Under the pieces are notes generated by a model that had not been told where the DNA came from, did not search any database, and saw only the letters and a list, made by a program, of their open reading frames with translations. Both the position numbers and the translations under genes were made by a program. Positions 35,368-49,569 of a DNA stretch of 64,000 nt are shown piece by piece (the stretch's first letter is position 1; every line of letters starts with the position of its first letter). The stretch comes from Escherichia coli (GTDB lineage: Bacteria; Pseudomonadota; Gammaproteobacteria; Enterobacterales; Enterobacteriaceae), in NCBI RefSeq assembly GCF_045037415.1, contig NZ_CP173438.1; one strand, 5' to 3'.

Positions 35368-38300
35368 TTAACTCGCCTGAGAAGGCGCTTCGTCACTTCC
35401 TGGAAGCGTTTCAGGGAGTTGAGGCGCAAATCCTCGCAGGCCGACGACGTGAACGTGTTCGGTATTCTGGAAGACTTTACGTACCAGTTTATAGGTGGTG
35501 CCTTTCTCCGGGCTGATATTTTCCGGCGCTGCGATAATGAGCTGCATTTGCAAACGTTCACACAATTCAAACAGCGTGGCGATGGAACGGGCGTCCAGTC
35601 GCGCTGCTTCATCGAGGAACAGCAGGCGGCAAGGAGAGATATCTTTACCGCGCAGGCGGCGAGATTCATCTTCCCAGCTTTGTACCACCATCACCAGAAT
35701 CGACATACCGGTACCAATCGCCTCACCGGTCGACAATGCACCAGACTCTGCACGCAACCAGCCATCGGAACCACGGTTAACCTCAACTTCCATTTCCAGA
35801 TAGTTGCGGTAATCCAGCAGTTCTTCACCGATGGTCTGCGGCGTGCGCTGCCCCATATCAATCTGCGGGTTAAGACGTTGATACAGTTTCGCCAGCGCTT
35901 CTGAGAAGGTCAGGCGGTTGCTGTTAAACAGATCCTGATGCTGCTCGTGCTGTTCAGAGAGCACATCCAGCAGCATGGCGTGCGTTTCACGTACGTTCAC
36001 GTTCAGACGTACGCTGTTCACCTGGCCAAACGATACGTTCTGCAACCCCTGGTTGAGCATACGGATACGGTTCTGCTCGCGCTGAATGGTTTTGCGAATG
36101 ATGTTCGCCACGCTGCGGGAACTGATCGCCAGTTTCTGTTCACGAGAGGTTAATTCTTCGGTCAGACGGCTAAGCTCGATCTCCATCTGTTCGATAGCTT
36201 CCACCGGATCATCGGTACGAATAATATCCTGACGAATACGTTCACGCAGATGCTGATAAACCGCCACGAAGAACTGAATTTTACGTTCCGGACGTTTTGG
36301 ATCTTCCGACATCCGCAGCACGTCGCGCAGATGTTCGTTATCCGCCACCGCCAGACGCAGCGCACCTAACGCCTTATCCGACATGGAGCGCAAATCATCA
36401 GCGGAGAGATAAGCCAGCTCACGACGGTGTAAGCGACGCTCAACGCCATTATCTTTCACCATGCGCATCACCGCACACCAGCCCGCTTTGGCGGTCACTA
36501 CCTGCTCGCGCATCTCAAAGTAATCCCGCTCCAGCTTGCGCAGTTTACGGGTCAGGTTGTCCATCTCCGCTTCGCAGAAGGTAAGCGCTTTTTCCAGTTG
36601 ATTGCGTCGTGAACGGTTATTGCTCAGTTGCGCGTGCAACTCGTCACGGCGAATACGTGCCCGCTCTTCTGCCCCGCTATCAGCACGCACGCCGATATCC
36701 TGCAATTCACGTTGCAGATCGTTAAGTAGCTCTTTTTTGGTGTCATACGAACTTTTCAGCGAAGCCAGCACCTGGTTGTACTGATTCAACTGCGCTGCGT
36801 GTCCGCGCAACGCTTCACGAGCGCGGGTACGCTCCGCTTCCGCCTGTTCCAGACGTTCACGCAGTTTTTCGTTGAGATCGCTGTTACCGCTAAGCATTTC
36901 TGCCGAGTCAGAGTAGCTAAAGTGCGCACGACGCTGCACCACTTCCGTCAGGGCAAACGCCTGCTGACGGGCATCGCGCTGCATCTGCTGAGAGTACGCG
37001 TAATCTTCTTTTAATTGTTCGAACTGTTCCGGGTCGCTCTGCAATACCGAAACGATCGGCTCCAGTTTCGCCAGTTGATTGCCAAACTGCTGAACAAAAC
37101 GCGCGGCTTCCTGGGCTTCATCCAGACGTTCGCGGATTTCATCGACGCGATCCGCCAGGCTGTCATCAGCCAACAGGTTGAGACGCGGCAGAATGCGGTT
37201 CAGCGCCGTAACGCCCTCTTTCGCCTGCTCAAACTGAATACGCTGCTGCTGGTTATCATTTTCATGATTACTCAACGCCCGTTCCAGTTCGACGCGACGG
37301 CTGTTCAGTTGACGGATTTCTGCTTCCGGGTCAGACTCAAACGCCACCGCCAGATGACTGCCGATAAAGCGGCTGAACGCCTGATGCAGACGCTGGGTTT
37401 TCTGTACATCAAAGGAAAGCGTGGCGAAGCGTTCGGAAAGCACTTCCCGCTCGGCATGGAGGCTTTCAATACGGCTTTCACGCGCAGCACGACCAAACAG
37501 CGGCACTTCCGGGAAACGTGAATAACGCCACTGACGATCGGCGATTTTCACCACCACCGCTTTTTCCAGCTCATCAACGCTGAACACGCTGTCATCGAAT
37601 GACTGCGGATCCCCTTCGATCAAATAGAGATCTTCCGGGCAATCGGTCAAGCCTTCCAGGTGTTCGGTTACCTGTGACAGATCTGGCACCACGATGGCGT
37701 GGCGTGACGGGCCATACAGTGCTGAGAAGTACGGCGCATCTTCCAGGCTAACGTCGTCATAAATTTCTGACAGCAGCACACCACCAAAACGCTCCGCCAG
37801 CGCGTTCAGACGCTGATCTTCAGAACCACCTGGCTGGCTTAAACGTTCGATCTCTTCATCGACGGCGTTTTTGCGCGCGCCTACTTCATCGCGTTCAACA
37901 ATTGCCTCGCGCTCACGCTCCAGCAACTGTTGCAGAAATTCGGTGACATCCTGGCTGGAGGTGAACTCTTCGCCGCACTGTTCGCTCAACTGGTTGAGAC
38001 TGTTTTGCGCTGCCAGCCAAACCGGCGCACGCTGCATCAAACTCTGAATGCGAGACTGCAGCTGTTCCTGCTCCTGGCGCAGTGCCATCCGCTCTTCTCG
38101 GGCGTTAGAGACGCTATCGGAAAGAGAGGCAATGCGTGCTTCCAGCTCCTGATGCAGAGCTTCCAGTTCATCAATATCAAAATTCTTGCCCTGACGTTTG
38201 CAGAAATCTGCCAGCAGACGCTCAGCTTCTTGCTGCTCACGCAGACGCTGTTCCAGTTCGCTTAAGCGCATCCGCAACGGCTGAACCTGCTCTGCCAGGT

Positions 38301-39828
38301 GACGCTGATCGACCCCTTCGCGCAATAGTTCGCGAGCGACATCCCACGCCTCGTTACGCGCCAGCGGGCCGTTGATTGCCACCACCAGCTGATAAGCCTG
38401 CTCAAACTGGCTGTGCGCGGTTTGCGCCATGCTCATTTTCTGCTCAAGAGAGAGCATTTTTTCGGTCGCTTCCAGCTCTTTCGCCTGGAAGGTTTCCAGC
38501 CATTCGGCAGCGCTGTCGGCGGTTAAGTCCGGCAGATGGCACAGTTCTTTGGCACGATTAAGCGCAGCAATCGCCTGGTTATACTGGATCGCGCGCGTTT
38601 GCTGGACGTCCAGCGCCTGCTGGTAGTCAGCAAGCTGGCTTTTCAGCTCGTCCACTTCCAGTTCGGCAGCTTCCGCACGAGCCTCGTTCTCTTCCTGGCG
38701 TTCGATGGCTTCTGCCACCACTTCGTTTTGCTCTTCCAGACGGATCTGCAGCTCATCGAGATCCGCTTCGTAGCGTTCGATCTTCTCCTGCTGACGCAGT
38801 GCGGTTTGCACCAGGTTCAGGTGATCGCTGGCCGCCTGATAATCCGCTTCCAGATCGCCTTCGGCACCGTTGTGCTCAGCCAGCTCTCGCGCCATGTCGA
38901 CGTGTTTGTACTGCTCAGCCGCCAGTTGCTGACGCGAAGTATGTAGCTCGCGACGAAACTCCAGGGCCTTATCGAGATGAACACGGCGCTCGTTGGCGTG
39001 ACGCATGTAGTCCGCCGCCACGTAGTTGGTGGCTTCGCTGATCAGATGCTTAAACAGGTCACGGTCCGACTGGGTGACACGAATCGCTTCCAGCGTCATG
39101 CGGTTTTCACGCAGCGCCGCTTCCATGTCCTGGAACGCTTTCCACACCCCACTGTTTTCCGGCAACAGGTAGTCGCGCAGAGAACGAGTAATGGCGCTGG
39201 AGATCCCGCCATACAGCGAGGCTTCGATCAGACGATAGAATTTACTACGGTCAGACGCTGAGCGCAGACGACGCGCGATGATGCCCAGATCGAACATCAG
39301 CGAGTGGTAATCGGTAATGGAGTTGAACTGTTTAAACTGCACGCCTTCCATCGCCTCGAGCTTGTCTTTCAGCTCGTTAAGCGGCAGCACGCGCGCCTGG
39401 CGTTCGTTCAGAGTTTCGGTCACCAGTTGTGTCGGCTGCACCGACATCGGCAGTCCCTGAATGGCAAACGGCTTGATATCCACTTTACGATCGCGTCCGG
39501 CAACCTGTTGCAGACGCACACCGACCACCACGCGCTGGTGACGCGAGTTAATGGTGTCGAGCATCGAATAACAGACACCCGCTTTCAGCTTACCGTGCAG
39601 ACCTTTATCGCGCGAACCGCTGGTGGCCCCGGCTTCCGTAGTGTTACGGAAATGCAGCAGGGTCAGATCGGGGATAAGCGCCGTAACGAACGCCGCCATG
39701 GTGGTGGATTTACCCGCCCCGTTACCGCCAGAAAGCGTCGTGACCAGCTCGTCAAGGTCAAAAGTTCGGGCAAAAAAGCCGTTCCAGTTAATCAGCGTCA
39801 GTGAGCGAAATTTACCGCGTTCAATCAT
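35368..39828 (-). CDS. mukB: Chromosome partition protein MukB (SMC-like), 1486 aa
   Basis: N-terminal Walker [10 protein letters not shown], long coiled coils; start overlaps the mukE stop (TAATG). Confidence 0.95.
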   Translation of the reverse strand: MIERGKFRSLTLINWNGFFARTFDLDELVTTLSGGNGAGKSTTMAAFVTALIPDLTLLHFRNTTEAGATSGSRDKGLHGKLKAGVCYSMLDTINSRHQRVVVGVRLQQVAGRDRKVDIKPFAIQGLPMSVQPTQLVTETLNERQARVLPLNELKDKLEAMEGVQFKQFNSITDYHSLMFDLGIIARRLRSASDRSKFYRLIEASLYGGISSAITRSLRDYLLPENSGVWKAFQDMEAALRENRMTLEAIRVTQSDRDLFKHLISEATNYVAADYMRHANERRVHLDKALEFRRELHTSRQQLAAEQYKHVDMARELAEHNGAEGDLEADYQAASDHLNLVQTALRQQEKIERYEADLDELQIRLEEQNEVVAEAIERQEENEARAEAAELEVDELKSQLADYQQALDVQQTRAIQYNQAIAALNRAKELCHLPDLTADSAAEWLETFQAKELEATEKMLSLEQKMSMAQTAHSQFEQAYQLVVAINGPLARNEAWDVARELLREGVDQRHLAEQVQPLRMRLSELEQRLREQQEAERLLADFCKRQGKNFDIDELEALHQELEARIASLSDSVSNAREERMALRQEQEQLQSRIQSLMQRAPVWLAAQNSLNQLSEQCGEEFTSSQDVTEFLQQLLEREREAIVERDEVGARKNAVDEEIERLSQPGGSEDQRLNALAERFGGVLLSEIYDDVSLEDAPYFSALYGPSRHAIVVPDLSQVTEHLEGLTDCPEDLYLIEGDPQSFDDSVFSVDELEKAVVVKIADRQWRYSRFPEVPLFGRAARESRIESLHAEREVLSERFATLSFDVQKTQRLHQAFSRFIGSHLAVAFESDPEAEIRQLNSRRVELERALSNHENDNQQQRIQFEQAKEGVTALNRILPRLNLLADDSLADRVDEIRERLDEAQEAARFVQQFGNQLAKLEPIVSVLQSDPEQFEQLKEDYAYSQQMQRDARQQAFALTEVVQRRAHFSYSDSAEMLSGNSDLNEKLRERLEQAEAERTRAREALRGHAAQLNQYNQVLASLKSSYDTKKELLNDLQRELQDIGVRADSGAEERARIRRDELHAQLSNNRSRRNQLEKALTFCEAEMDNLTRKLRKLERDYFEMREQVVTAKAGWCAVMRMVKDNGVERRLHRRELAYLSADDLRSMSDKALGALRLAVADNEHLRDVLRMSEDPKRPERKIQFFVAVYQHLRERIRQDIIRTDDPVEAIEQMEIELSRLTEELTSREQKLAISSRSVANIIRKTIQREQNRIRMLNQGLQNVSFGQVNSVRLNVNVRETHAMLLDVLSEQHEQHQDLFNSNRLTFSEALAKLYQRLNPQIDMGQRTPQTIGEELLDYRNYLEMEVEVNRGSDGWLRAESGALSTGEAIGTGMSILVMVVQSWEDESRRLRGKDISPCRLLFLDEAARLDARSIATLFELCERLQMQLIIAAPENISPEKGTTYKLVRKVFQNTEHVHVVGLRGFAPQLPETLPGSDEAPSQAS

Positions 39829-40532
39829 TATTCTTCCTCTCCGCTATCTGGCTGACTCTCTTCGGTTTCATCGTTGAGTTGCAGATGATTTTCAATCGGC
39901 ATTGCTTCACCATCACGAATCAGGCGACGCTGTGCTTCACGGGGATCGTCGCCAGCACGCACATCGGCGCCGAAGCGGAACACCGATTCGGTAATGCGGA
40001 ACTTGCTGCTGTCGTGGCCCATAAACCACACCATGCCTAAACGACGCAGACGGTTGAGCGAAGAACGTACTTTTTCCTGCAACTTCTGACGGTCAACGTC
40101 TGAACCGGTTGAACGGTTGTTCACCAGTTTCAGCAGTTTCGCTTCATCGGCCAGGGTGAGCAGTTCGTCGTACAGTTCCTGTTGAGTAAAAATCCCCTCA
40201 TTCGCCAGCCGTTCCGGGCTGAGATAGAGATAACAGAGGATTTTCCCGACCATCATATCCAGTTCCGACAAGACGGAACGAGGGATCAGCGTGGTGGAAC
40301 GTGGGCGTAGATAGAAGAACCCTTCCGGTGCACGAATAAGCTCAACGTTATAACGCGCGTAAAACTCTTCCAGATATTCCTGAAAATCCATCAGGAATGC
40401 ATGATTATCCAGTTCGTCGAGGCCAATATGGCGGCCTGAACGTAAGGCGCTATCCAGCGCCGGAAATAACGGATTCGCCAGCGCCTGCGCCAGCTTAACC
40501 GGCATCACTTGTTCAATATTTGTCGATGACAT
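39828..40532 (-). CDS. mukE: Chromosome partition protein MukE, 234 aa
   Basis: Translation from [16 protein letters not shown]; overlaps the mukF 3' end. Confidence 0.88.
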
Positions 40533-41835
40533 GCGCCTGTACCTTGGCTCCGTAATCATTAATCGGCTGCCATTTCGCTGGCAGTCCGGTGAAATCTGCT
40601 TGCGCTACGCCAAGACGTACCGCCTGATCAATAACAATGCGCGCAACGTCAAAGTGACGTGCACGCGGATACTGTGACAGATATTCGCGTACCACCAGAC
40701 CAAGATCCAACGGCACTTGTCTGGTTTTGTACACGGCAAGTTGTTCTTCGATGATCGCCGCCAGCTGTTCGCGGATCTCGTTAAACTCTTCGTACTCCAG
40801 ATCCTCAGGAAGTTCCCCAGTCACTTCTTCATCGCGCAGTACCATCTCTTCGTCACGCATATCCAGCAGACGATCGGCATTGGCATAAGTTAGCGCCCAC
40901 GGCTCATCAAAATAGGTTTGTACCGACTGACGTAACCGCTGAGCAAAGACGCGGTTTTTATCCATATCGATCGCAGTACGAATAAATTTGTGTACGTGGC
41001 GGTCGTAGCCAATCCACAAGTCGATGGATTGCTGGCCCCAACTGATAATACGGTCGAGTTTGCTCTGAAGATCGAACACCAGACGATCGACAAAATGCAG
41101 GTCGTCATGGGTCATCGTCGCATCCTGAATGCGTAACAGGTTGGCCTGCAATTTATCGCCTGCCGCTTCCAGCGTATCCTGCAATTCACGCAGCGTTCCG
41201 GAAGTTTCTGAAAGCAACAATTCACAGCTGGAAATCGCCGCCCGCCAGTCTTTGTTCAACAACTGGGCGATATCATCCTTCACCTGCTGCTGCTGTTCAT
41301 CCATCAGACGTTGCGTCAGGTCGATACTGTCGAAAATTTCTGCTACCGAATATTTCAGTGGCGCATAAACATTGCGGTGCCAGTGAAATTCATCACCGCC
41401 CTCTTCGGCGGCATCTGCTGCGCGTTTGAGCTCACCCGCCACAATCGACAATTGCATAGAAAGGCGCAGCGTAGAAAACTCGCGCTGACGAATGTAATAG
41501 TCAGTGATGCCGATGCCGAGCGGCGTCAGACGGTAAATTGCGTTCCCTTCCGCCTGCTCGCTGGTAAAGCGGTTCAGCAGACGTTGACGCACCATGTCGT
41601 TGATCGCGTTGTTGGCGCGCACGCCGATGGTTTCGCTGGTTTGCTCAAACGCATCACTCACATGGCGGAATGCATCCACCAGCTCGCCTTCACTCATCTC
41701 ACCATCCAGACGCTCGCCGTTCAGCGTGGCAACCGCCAGCAGAAAAGAGAGTCGGTCTACCGGCAGCGAGATGGAGAAGTCATTTTTTCTGGCCCAGGCA
41801 ACCAGTTCGGGGACTGTCTGGGAAAATTCACTCAT
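40513..41835 (-). CDS. mukF: Chromosome partition protein MukF (kleisin), 440 aa
   Basis: 440-aa ORF beginning [21 protein letters not shown]. Confidence 0.92.
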
Positions 41836-42617
41836 ACTTTATCCTTGCTCTGCGGTTTGCGCGCGGTGACATGAATATAACGCCCCAGGGTAATATACGG
41901 TTCCTGACGGCAATAACGCGTTTCTAATTCAAGTAATGCTTCATAGCAGTCGCGCTGCTGGTGCTTCTCACGCAGATAATCATGAAACACGCGAACGCCT
42001 GTCTTACCCAGAATTTGCCAACCAGCTTCTTCCAGCCACAGATAAACCTGCGCCGGGTCGCGTGGATAATCTGGCGAAAGCGTCCGTTTTTTCTTTTTCG
42101 GCATTCCCGCCTGCACGTAATCAAAATTCCCGGCGACCATGTTATGCATCAACAAACCATGCGCATTGTAGAACATTAACGACAACACGCCGCCTGGACG
42201 CAACACTGACCACAGGGTCTGTAATACGCTGCGGGGATCGGCCACCCACTCGAGCACCGCATGGAACAATATCAGATCAACGGGCGTTTCCAAATGCGAA
42301 GCAACATCCTGAGCGGCGCAATGTATAAATTGCATGTTGTCGCTCACACCTTTTGCTTCTGCCGCCTGTTTTGCGCGGTCGATCATCTGCGCAGAAAGAT
42401 CGCATAAAATGACCTGATGCCCGCGCTCGGCCATTTTGATTGCGGTCTGCCCTTCTCCACCGCCAGCATCCAGCACACGCAGTTTTTGCGGGCCTATTTC
42501 TGCCAGCACGCGATCGAGATCCTGCCACAGAATAGCCTGTCGAAGCTGCCCTTTGGTGGTGCCGTAAATGTTACGGGAAAACTTTTCCGCAATATCATCA
42601 AAATTGCGATCCTGCAT
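41832..42617 (-). CDS. cmoM: tRNA methyltransferase CmoM (SmtA), 261 aa
   Basis: SAM-binding motif VLDAGGGEG; first gene of the cmoM-mukFEB operon. Confidence 0.85.
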
Positions 42618-42752
42618 TGCTTTCTCCACCGGTTGGCTAAGACGTTTTCTGATAAAGACGCTATTTTGTCACAGCCACGGCGAGAATGAACCCGTCTGGT
42701 GTAATATCGCTGGCGATCCCTTGCTATATGGTTAAAAAAGGAACCAGAAAGG

Positions 42753-43532
42753 ATGCTTTTTACACTGAAAAAAGTGATTGGCAATATGTTGCTGCCACTT
42801 CCGCTAATGTTGTTGATTATTGGCGCTGGCCTGGCGCTGCTGTGGTTTAGCCGTTTTCAAAAAACCGGGAAGATTTTTATTAGCATTGGGTGGCTGGCGC
42901 TCTTGTTATTGAGTTTGCAACCGGTAGCCGACCGCCTGCTGCGTCCCATCGAAAGCACCTATCCGACATGGAATAATTCGCAAAAAGTGGACTATATCGT
43001 GGTGCTCGGAGGTGGTTATACCTGGAACCCGCAGTGGGCGCCGAGCTCTAATTTAATCAATAACAGTCTGCCACGCCTGAATGAAGGTATTCGCTTATGG
43101 CGCGAAAATCCGGGATCAAAACTGATCTTCACGGGAGGCGTAGCTAAAACCAATACGGTGAGCACAGCCGAAGTCGGTGCCAGAGTTGCGCAATCGCTGG
43201 GCGTGCCGCGCGAGCAAATTATCACCCTGGATTTGCCAAAAGATACCGAAGAAGAAGCTGCAGCAGTGAAACAGGCGATTGGTGACGCACCTTTCCTGCT
43301 GGTGACCTCCGCATCACATCTGCCGCGGGCGATGATCTTTTTTCAGCAGGAAGGGTTAAATCCGCTACCAGCCCCGGCGAATCAGTTGGCCATCGACTCG
43401 CCGCTTAATCCGTGGGAACGGGCAATCCCTTCTCCGGTTTGGTTGATGCATAGCGACCGCGTTGGCTATGAAACGCTTGGCCGGATCTGGCAGTGGCTGA
43501 AAGGTTCGTCAGGCGAGCCACGGCAAGAGTGA
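42753..43532 (+). CDS. elyC: Envelope biogenesis factor ElyC (YcbC), 259 aa
   Basis: 259-aa ORF with N-terminal TM segments; synteny. Confidence 0.85.
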   Translation: MLFTLKKVIGNMLLPLPLMLLIIGAGLALLWFSRFQKTGKIFISIGWLALLLLSLQPVADRLLRPIESTYPTWNNSQKVDYIVVLGGGYTWNPQWAPSSNLINNSLPRLNEGIRLWRENPGSKLIFTGGVAKTNTVSTAEVGARVAQSLGVPREQIITLDLPKDTEEEAAAVKQAIGDAPFLLVTSASHLPRAMIFFQQEGLNPLPAPANQLAIDSPLNPWERAIPSPVWLMHSDRVGYETLGRIWQWLKGSSGEPRQE

Positions 43533-44402
43533 TTTTGATGCCAGATCGAAGTTACGCCGATTAAATCGTCCGGTGTTGACCAGTTGCGCAACTTCATCCC
43601 ATAACACATACAACCAACGCCGCCAGATGAACGACTCCGCCACTGGCGCGCGTTGCAGATAACTCCAGAGCAAATCTTCCGCCAGAGAATTATCCATTAG
43701 TCGGAACAGTTCGTATTCTCGCGGTGCCCAAAGCATTAGTCCCGGTCCGACCATCGCCAGTAACTGATCGCTGCGCGAATCTTTCAGCATGCTGCGTAAA
43801 CAGAAGTTACCGTGAATCAGTACACAATTGTCGTTAAAGCCTTCAAATAATGCCGGGAGACATTCGCGAGTGCGAAACAGGATCCGCTTATCCTGCATCG
43901 ATAGACCGGTGTTATTGAACTGATTGAGCGTGGTCCATAGCACTTCAACATGTTGCCGGTACCATGAGGGCCAGAAATTTTCCTGAGTATTGTCGACCGC
44001 GCCGACGCAACCACGACTGTCCTGACGGTGCCAGGCCAGTAAGGCTTCAACGATTTGGTCTTTGAGTTGTTCCCAGCGTTCTGGTGTTCGGGCTGGTGCC
44101 TCCACCGAAACACCACGCATTCGCTCCAGTAGCAGGACATCGGGGCCGGGGTGTTCTTCATGCGTCATCACACCATAAATAGTCGGCATACGGACAGTCC
44201 CACTTCTTGCCAGCATGGTGGTTTTCCATGCCAGTTGTCGGGCTTTTCCGGGCGTACTAAAGCTTCTTGCCATTAACGGCATTGGGTTTCCCTGGCTGTC
44301 ATACAAAGCCCACAACGCCGTATCCGCTTTTTCATTGACGCACTCAATACGACTGAGTTTTTCGCCCAGTAAATGGCTTAATTCGGCACGCAGCTGTTCC
44401 AT
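43509..44402 (-). CDS. ycbJ: Putative kinase-fold protein YcbJ, 297 aa
   Basis: 297-aa ORF; synteny. Confidence 0.82.
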   Translation of the reverse strand: MEQLRAELSHLLGEKLSRIECVNEKADTALWALYDSQGNPMPLMARSFSTPGKARQLAWKTTMLARSGTVRMPTIYGVMTHEEHPGPDVLLLERMRGVSVEAPARTPERWEQLKDQIVEALLAWHRQDSRGCVGAVDNTQENFWPSWYRQHVEVLWTTLNQFNNTGLSMQDKRILFRTRECLPALFEGFNDNCVLIHGNFCLRSMLKDSRSDQLLAMVGPGLMLWAPREYELFRLMDNSLAEDLLWSYLQRAPVAESFIWRRWLYVLWDEVAQLVNTGRFNRRNFDLASKSLLPWLA

Positions 44403-44555
44403 TCAGATTACCCTCATAAAAGCTACTGCTTTCATAATGAGCGCCAATATAAAAGATGTCACCTGAATGAGATCAATTGTTGAAAAGAAAAATTGAGGAA
44501 AATCGTAACGGTACGACACTCCTCCCAAAATTGGCTGGAGTGTCGTGAAGTGAAA

Positions 44556-45481
<926 letters not shown>

Positions 45482-45532
45482 AGTTCCTCCAGATGGATCG
45501 GGTTATGAATGCATAAATCTTATCATAATCAT

Positions 45533-46765
45533 TTATGCGACGGGGTCTATTTCCCAGCCGGCGCGGCAATCAGTAAAGAGGCCTTGCGAGCAGCGTCCTA
45601 ATGTCACCCGCGTTGCCTGCTGCCAGTTAGCGAAATCAGTAATCGCCTGACGTAACCCTTTTTGCAGCGTTGTCGTTGGTTTAATGCCTTCCTGTAACCA
45701 CAGAGAGATAACTTCAAGGATGCCTTTCTGGCGATGCATTTTGGAATCCATTCGCCCAACTAATTGCCCACGATGTAATAACGGCAGAACAAAATAGCCA
45801 TACTGGCGTTTCGGCGCTGGGGTATAGCACTCCAGCCGGTAGCTAAAATCAAAAAGCTGCTCCGCGCGTTTGCGATCCCAGACAACAGGATCAAAAGGCG
45901 AAAGTACCGCGCTGTGCGTTGCAGTGAGCTTTCCGGCGAGCGCACGCTCGAGTAGCGGCAGCAAATCAGCATGCAGCCAAAGATTGCCCAATTTTTCAAC
46001 ATGCACAGCAATGATTTGCTGCTGTTCAGCCCTCGCTTCACGCCACGCCGCCAGTGCCGGACGTTTTAGCCGGTAGTAATCTGCCAGCCACTGTTCGCGA
46101 AATATTCCCAGGCTACGCGCACTGTTATCCAGCATGATGATTTCTGCTTCTGCTTGCGAAACGAGATCGCGCTCATCATCCCAGTCAGGCATGACACGGT
46201 GGGTTAAATCATAAACGCGCTGGAAGTTGCGCCGTTCAATCACCATCACCTTTCCGGCAGTAAATAAACCTTCCAGATGTCGTTTATGCGGCTTCCACTC
46301 CCACCAGCCGCTTGCACCTTTACGAGGATGCTCAAAATCGGCTGAACGTACCGGCCCCCTATCATGAATATGCTGAATTAACAGTGCAATTTCCGCCGCA
46401 TGTTCCTGCATCCAGGCGTCTTTATATTTCCAGCCCATTTTTTCAGGTGCCAGCATGCGGTGGCGAATAAGACGAAAATCGCTACGCGGCATAAAGCAGG
46501 CTTCATGCGCCCAGTATTCCATTAATTCGCCACGCGCCAGAGACTCATCCAGCCACTGGGCAGGATAATTTCCCAGACGACTGAAAAGCACCAGATATGG
46601 GCTACGGGCAACAATATTGATGGTATCGATTTGCAGCAAGGACATGCGGGAGATCGTTGCCGGAATATCCTCCAACGACGCTCGACGGTGGGGTTTGTTT
46701 AACAGGCCTTGTGCAGCGAGATGAAGATTACGCGCATCAGCAAGGGAGAGGTGCGGCAGAGACAT
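45533..46765 (-). CDS. ycaQ: Winged-helix DNA-binding protein YcaQ, 410 aa
   Basis: 410-aa ORF; synteny. Confidence 0.85.
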   Translation of the reverse strand: MSLPHLSLADARNLHLAAQGLLNKPHRRASLEDIPATISRMSLLQIDTINIVARSPYLVLFSRLGNYPAQWLDESLARGELMEYWAHEACFMPRSDFRLIRHRMLAPEKMGWKYKDAWMQEHAAEIALLIQHIHDRGPVRSADFEHPRKGASGWWEWKPHKRHLEGLFTAGKVMVIERRNFQRVYDLTHRVMPDWDDERDLVSQAEAEIIMLDNSARSLGIFREQWLADYYRLKRPALAAWREARAEQQQIIAVHVEKLGNLWLHADLLPLLERALAGKLTATHSAVLSPFDPVVWDRKRAEQLFDFSYRLECYTPAPKRQYGYFVLPLLHRGQLVGRMDSKMHRQKGILEVISLWLQEGIKPTTTLQKGLRQAITDFANWQQATRVTLGRCSQGLFTDCRAGWEIDPVA

Positions 46766-46801
46766 TCATGACTCCATCAATCGAACGCTGCCGCGGCGTA
46801 A

Positions 46802-47788
46802 CTAGTTGCCAGAAGCCAGCGAAGTTAGTTGCGCAAGCAGTTTCGCTGGTTCATCACCTGAAAGCTGTGCGTCTACAGGCAAATACCACCAATTTTCTTC
46901 TGCAAAGGCCCGGCATTTCACCGCATCTTTTTCAGTCATTACCAGCGTTTGTCCGGCGCTTACCAACGCGCTGACATCCGCATGATTCAAAAACTGATGA
47001 TCGGCCAGCGGTACACATTTTTCGGGTTGTACGCCACACATCTTCAGCGTGGCAAAAAAGCGCGGCGGATGCCCAATCCCCGCAATCGCCACCACATGTT
47101 CAAGCTGAGCAACGTCACAACGTGTACCGGTACGTAAATTCACCGCCTGACCCGGCAGCAGATGCATGGGGATTTCACCGCTGCGGGGGACACCGCCGTT
47201 GACGATTACCGCATCAACCAACTTTAAGCGCCCTGCTCGCTCACGCATTGGCCCCGCCGGCAACCACCAGCCATTGCCAAAGCGACGCACACCATCAATA
47301 ACGACAATTTCCACATCACGCGCCAGACGATAATGCTGTAAACCATCGTCAGTTACGATGATCTGCACATCAGGGTGTTGCGCCAGAATGGCTTTTACCG
47401 CGTCAGAACGCACGGGAGAAACCGCAACAGGCGCGCCAGTGCGTTGATAAATCAACACAGGCTCATCACCCGCCTGTGCTGTGGTGGTATCTGCCGACAA
47501 TAACAGCGGATAAGATTCAGCCTTACCACCATATCCCCGCGATACGACCCCCACGCGAATACCGCGCTGTTGCAGCTGTTCCACCAGCCAGACAACGACC
47601 GGGGTTTTTCCGTTGCCGCCTGCAGTGAGATTTCCAACCACGACAACCGGTACGGGGGCACGCCAGGCGCGCTTCAGTTTTAGTTTATAGCAAAGACGGA
47701 TCGCGCCACTCACCAGGCCATACAACCAGGAGAGTGGCAGCAATAGCCGCCATAAAGGGGACTCACCAGACCAGATTTTTTCGATCAT
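46802..47788 (-). CDS. lpxK: Tetraacyldisaccharide 4'-kinase LpxK, 328 aa
   Basis: P-loop [12 protein letters not shown]; overlaps the msbA 3' end. Confidence 0.92.
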   Translation of the reverse strand: MIEKIWSGESPLWRLLLPLSWLYGLVSGAIRLCYKLKLKRAWRAPVPVVVVGNLTAGGNGKTPVVVWLVEQLQQRGIRVGVVSRGYGGKAESYPLLLSADTTTAQAGDEPVLIYQRTGAPVAVSPVRSDAVKAILAQHPDVQIIVTDDGLQHYRLARDVEIVVIDGVRRFGNGWWLPAGPMRERAGRLKLVDAVIVNGGVPRSGEIPMHLLPGQAVNLRTGTRCDVAQLEHVVAIAGIGHPPRFFATLKMCGVQPEKCVPLADHQFLNHADVSALVSAGQTLVMTEKDAVKCRAFAEENWWYLPVDAQLSGDEPAKLLAQLTSLASGN

Positions 47789-49533
47789 TGGCCAAACTGC
47801 ATTTTGTGAAGTTGCGCGTAAACGCCACGGTGCTCAAGCAAATCGTTATGCGTACCGCGTTCCACAATGACACCATCCTCGACAACCACGATTTCGTCTG
47901 CCTTTTCAATGGTAGACAAGCGGTGGGCAATCACCAGAGAGGTACGGTTTTTCTGCAACTCATCCAGTGCTGCCTGAATCGCACGTTCGGATTCGGTATC
48001 CAACGCCGAGGTAGCTTCGTCCAGAATCAGTATCGGGCTATCACGCAACAAGGCTCGAGCGATAGCAATACGCTGACGCTGACCGCCAGAGAGCAACACG
48101 CCGTTTTCACCAATGACTGTATCGAGACCGTTATCCATCTTATTGATGAAGTCCATGGCGTAGGCCATACGCGCAGCTTCTTCAATTTGCTCACGGCTGT
48201 ACTGTTCAGTCCTTGCGTAAGCAATGTTGTTGGCAACCGTATCGTTAAACAGATGGACATTCTGCGACACCAGAGCAACCTGGTTACGTAACGACGCCAG
48301 GGTATACTCGCGCAGATCGTGACCATCCATCAGGATTTCGCCTTCATCAATATCGTAAAAACGTGTGATTAGGCTGGCGATGGTTGATTTACCTGAACCA
48401 GAGCGGCCAACCAGAGCAACCGTCTTCCCTGCCGGAATTTTCAGGTTGATGTTACGCAATGCAGGCACATCACGTCCCGGATAAGTAAAGGTGACATTGC
48501 GAAACTCCACGTCGCCAGTCGCACGCTCGATCACGCGCTTACCTTCGTCTTTCTCCTGCTCACTGTCCAGAATGGTAAACAGCGTCTGACAAGCCGCCAT
48601 ACCGCGCTGGAACTGGGCGTTAACGTTGGTCAGCGATTTCAGCGGACGCATAAGTGCAATCATTGAAGAGAAAACAACGGTAATCGTACCGGCAGTCAGG
48701 CTATCCATGACACTTGGGAAGCTTGCCGCATACAGAACAAACGCCAGCGCCAAAGAGGCGATCAGCTGAATGATCGGATCAGAGATGGAAGAGGCTGAAA
48801 CCATTTTCATCCCCTGAAGACGCATTCGGTTGCTGACTTTATCGAAGCGTTTCGTTTCCACTTCCTGACCACCGAAAATCAATACTTCTTTATGGCCTTT
48901 CAGCATTTGTTCGGCGCTGGTGGTCACCTGCCCCATGGTGTTCTGCATGTTTTTACTGATGTTGCGAAAACGCTTCGATACAACGCGAATCGCAATCGAA
49001 ACAATCGGTGCCAGCACAATCAAAATGATCGACAGTTGCCAACTGTAATAGAACATCATGATGAACAGGCCGATGATCGACGCACCTTCACGCACAACAG
49101 TAATCAGTGCGCCGGAAGAAGAAGAAGCGACCTGTTCGGAATCGTAGGTGATACGTGACAACAGCGTACCCGTTGACTGTTTGTCAAAGAATGAAACCGG
49201 CATTCCCATCATGTGACCAAACAGGCGGCGACGCATAGTCATTACCACCTTTCCTGATACCCAGGAGATACAGTAGCTGGAGATATAGCTGGTGATACCA
49301 CGTAAAATCATCAGCCCGATCACCACCAGCGGCATCCACATCAGCACGGAGCGATCTGTTTTACCAAAGCCATCATCAAGAAGTGGCTTAAGGAGCGATA
49401 ACATGAAGGTATCGCTGGCTGCGTTGAGGATTAACGCTACGCCCGCCACGATCAGACCCGCTTTAAAAGGCGCAATGGTTGGCCACAGTCGGCGGAACGT
49501 CTGCCACGTAGAGAGATCTTTGTCGTTATGCAT
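47785..49533 (-). CDS. msbA: Lipid A export ABC transporter MsbA, 582 aa
   Basis: 582-aa fused TMD-NBD with Walker [10 protein letters not shown] and signature LSGGQRQR. Confidence 0.95.
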   Translation of the reverse strand: MHNDKDLSTWQTFRRLWPTIAPFKAGLIVAGVALILNAASDTFMLSLLKPLLDDGFGKTDRSVLMWMPLVVIGLMILRGITSYISSYCISWVSGKVVMTMRRRLFGHMMGMPVSFFDKQSTGTLLSRITYDSEQVASSSSGALITVVREGASIIGLFIMMFYYSWQLSIILIVLAPIVSIAIRVVSKRFRNISKNMQNTMGQVTTSAEQMLKGHKEVLIFGGQEVETKRFDKVSNRMRLQGMKMVSASSISDPIIQLIASLALAFVLYAASFPSVMDSLTAGTITVVFSSMIALMRPLKSLTNVNAQFQRGMAACQTLFTILDSEQEKDEGKRVIERATGDVEFRNVTFTYPGRDVPALRNINLKIPAGKTVALVGRSGSGKSTIASLITRFYDIDEGEILMDGHDLREYTLASLRNQVALVSQNVHLFNDTVANNIAYARTEQYSREQIEEAARMAYAMDFINKMDNGLDTVIGENGVLLSGGQRQRIAIARALLRDSPILILDEATSALDTESERAIQAALDELQKNRTSLVIAHRLSTIEKADEIVVVEDGVIVERGTHNDLLEHRGVYAQLHKMQFGQ

Positions 49534-49569
49534 TCAAAAAACCAGCATTTGTTGAAATAGCCGCATATT

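Noticed and set aside
35419-39804. Several 60-170-aa plus-strand ORFs across mukB
   Set aside because: All lie antisense within the single 1486-aa mukB reading frame; Arg/Gln-rich shadow ORFs.
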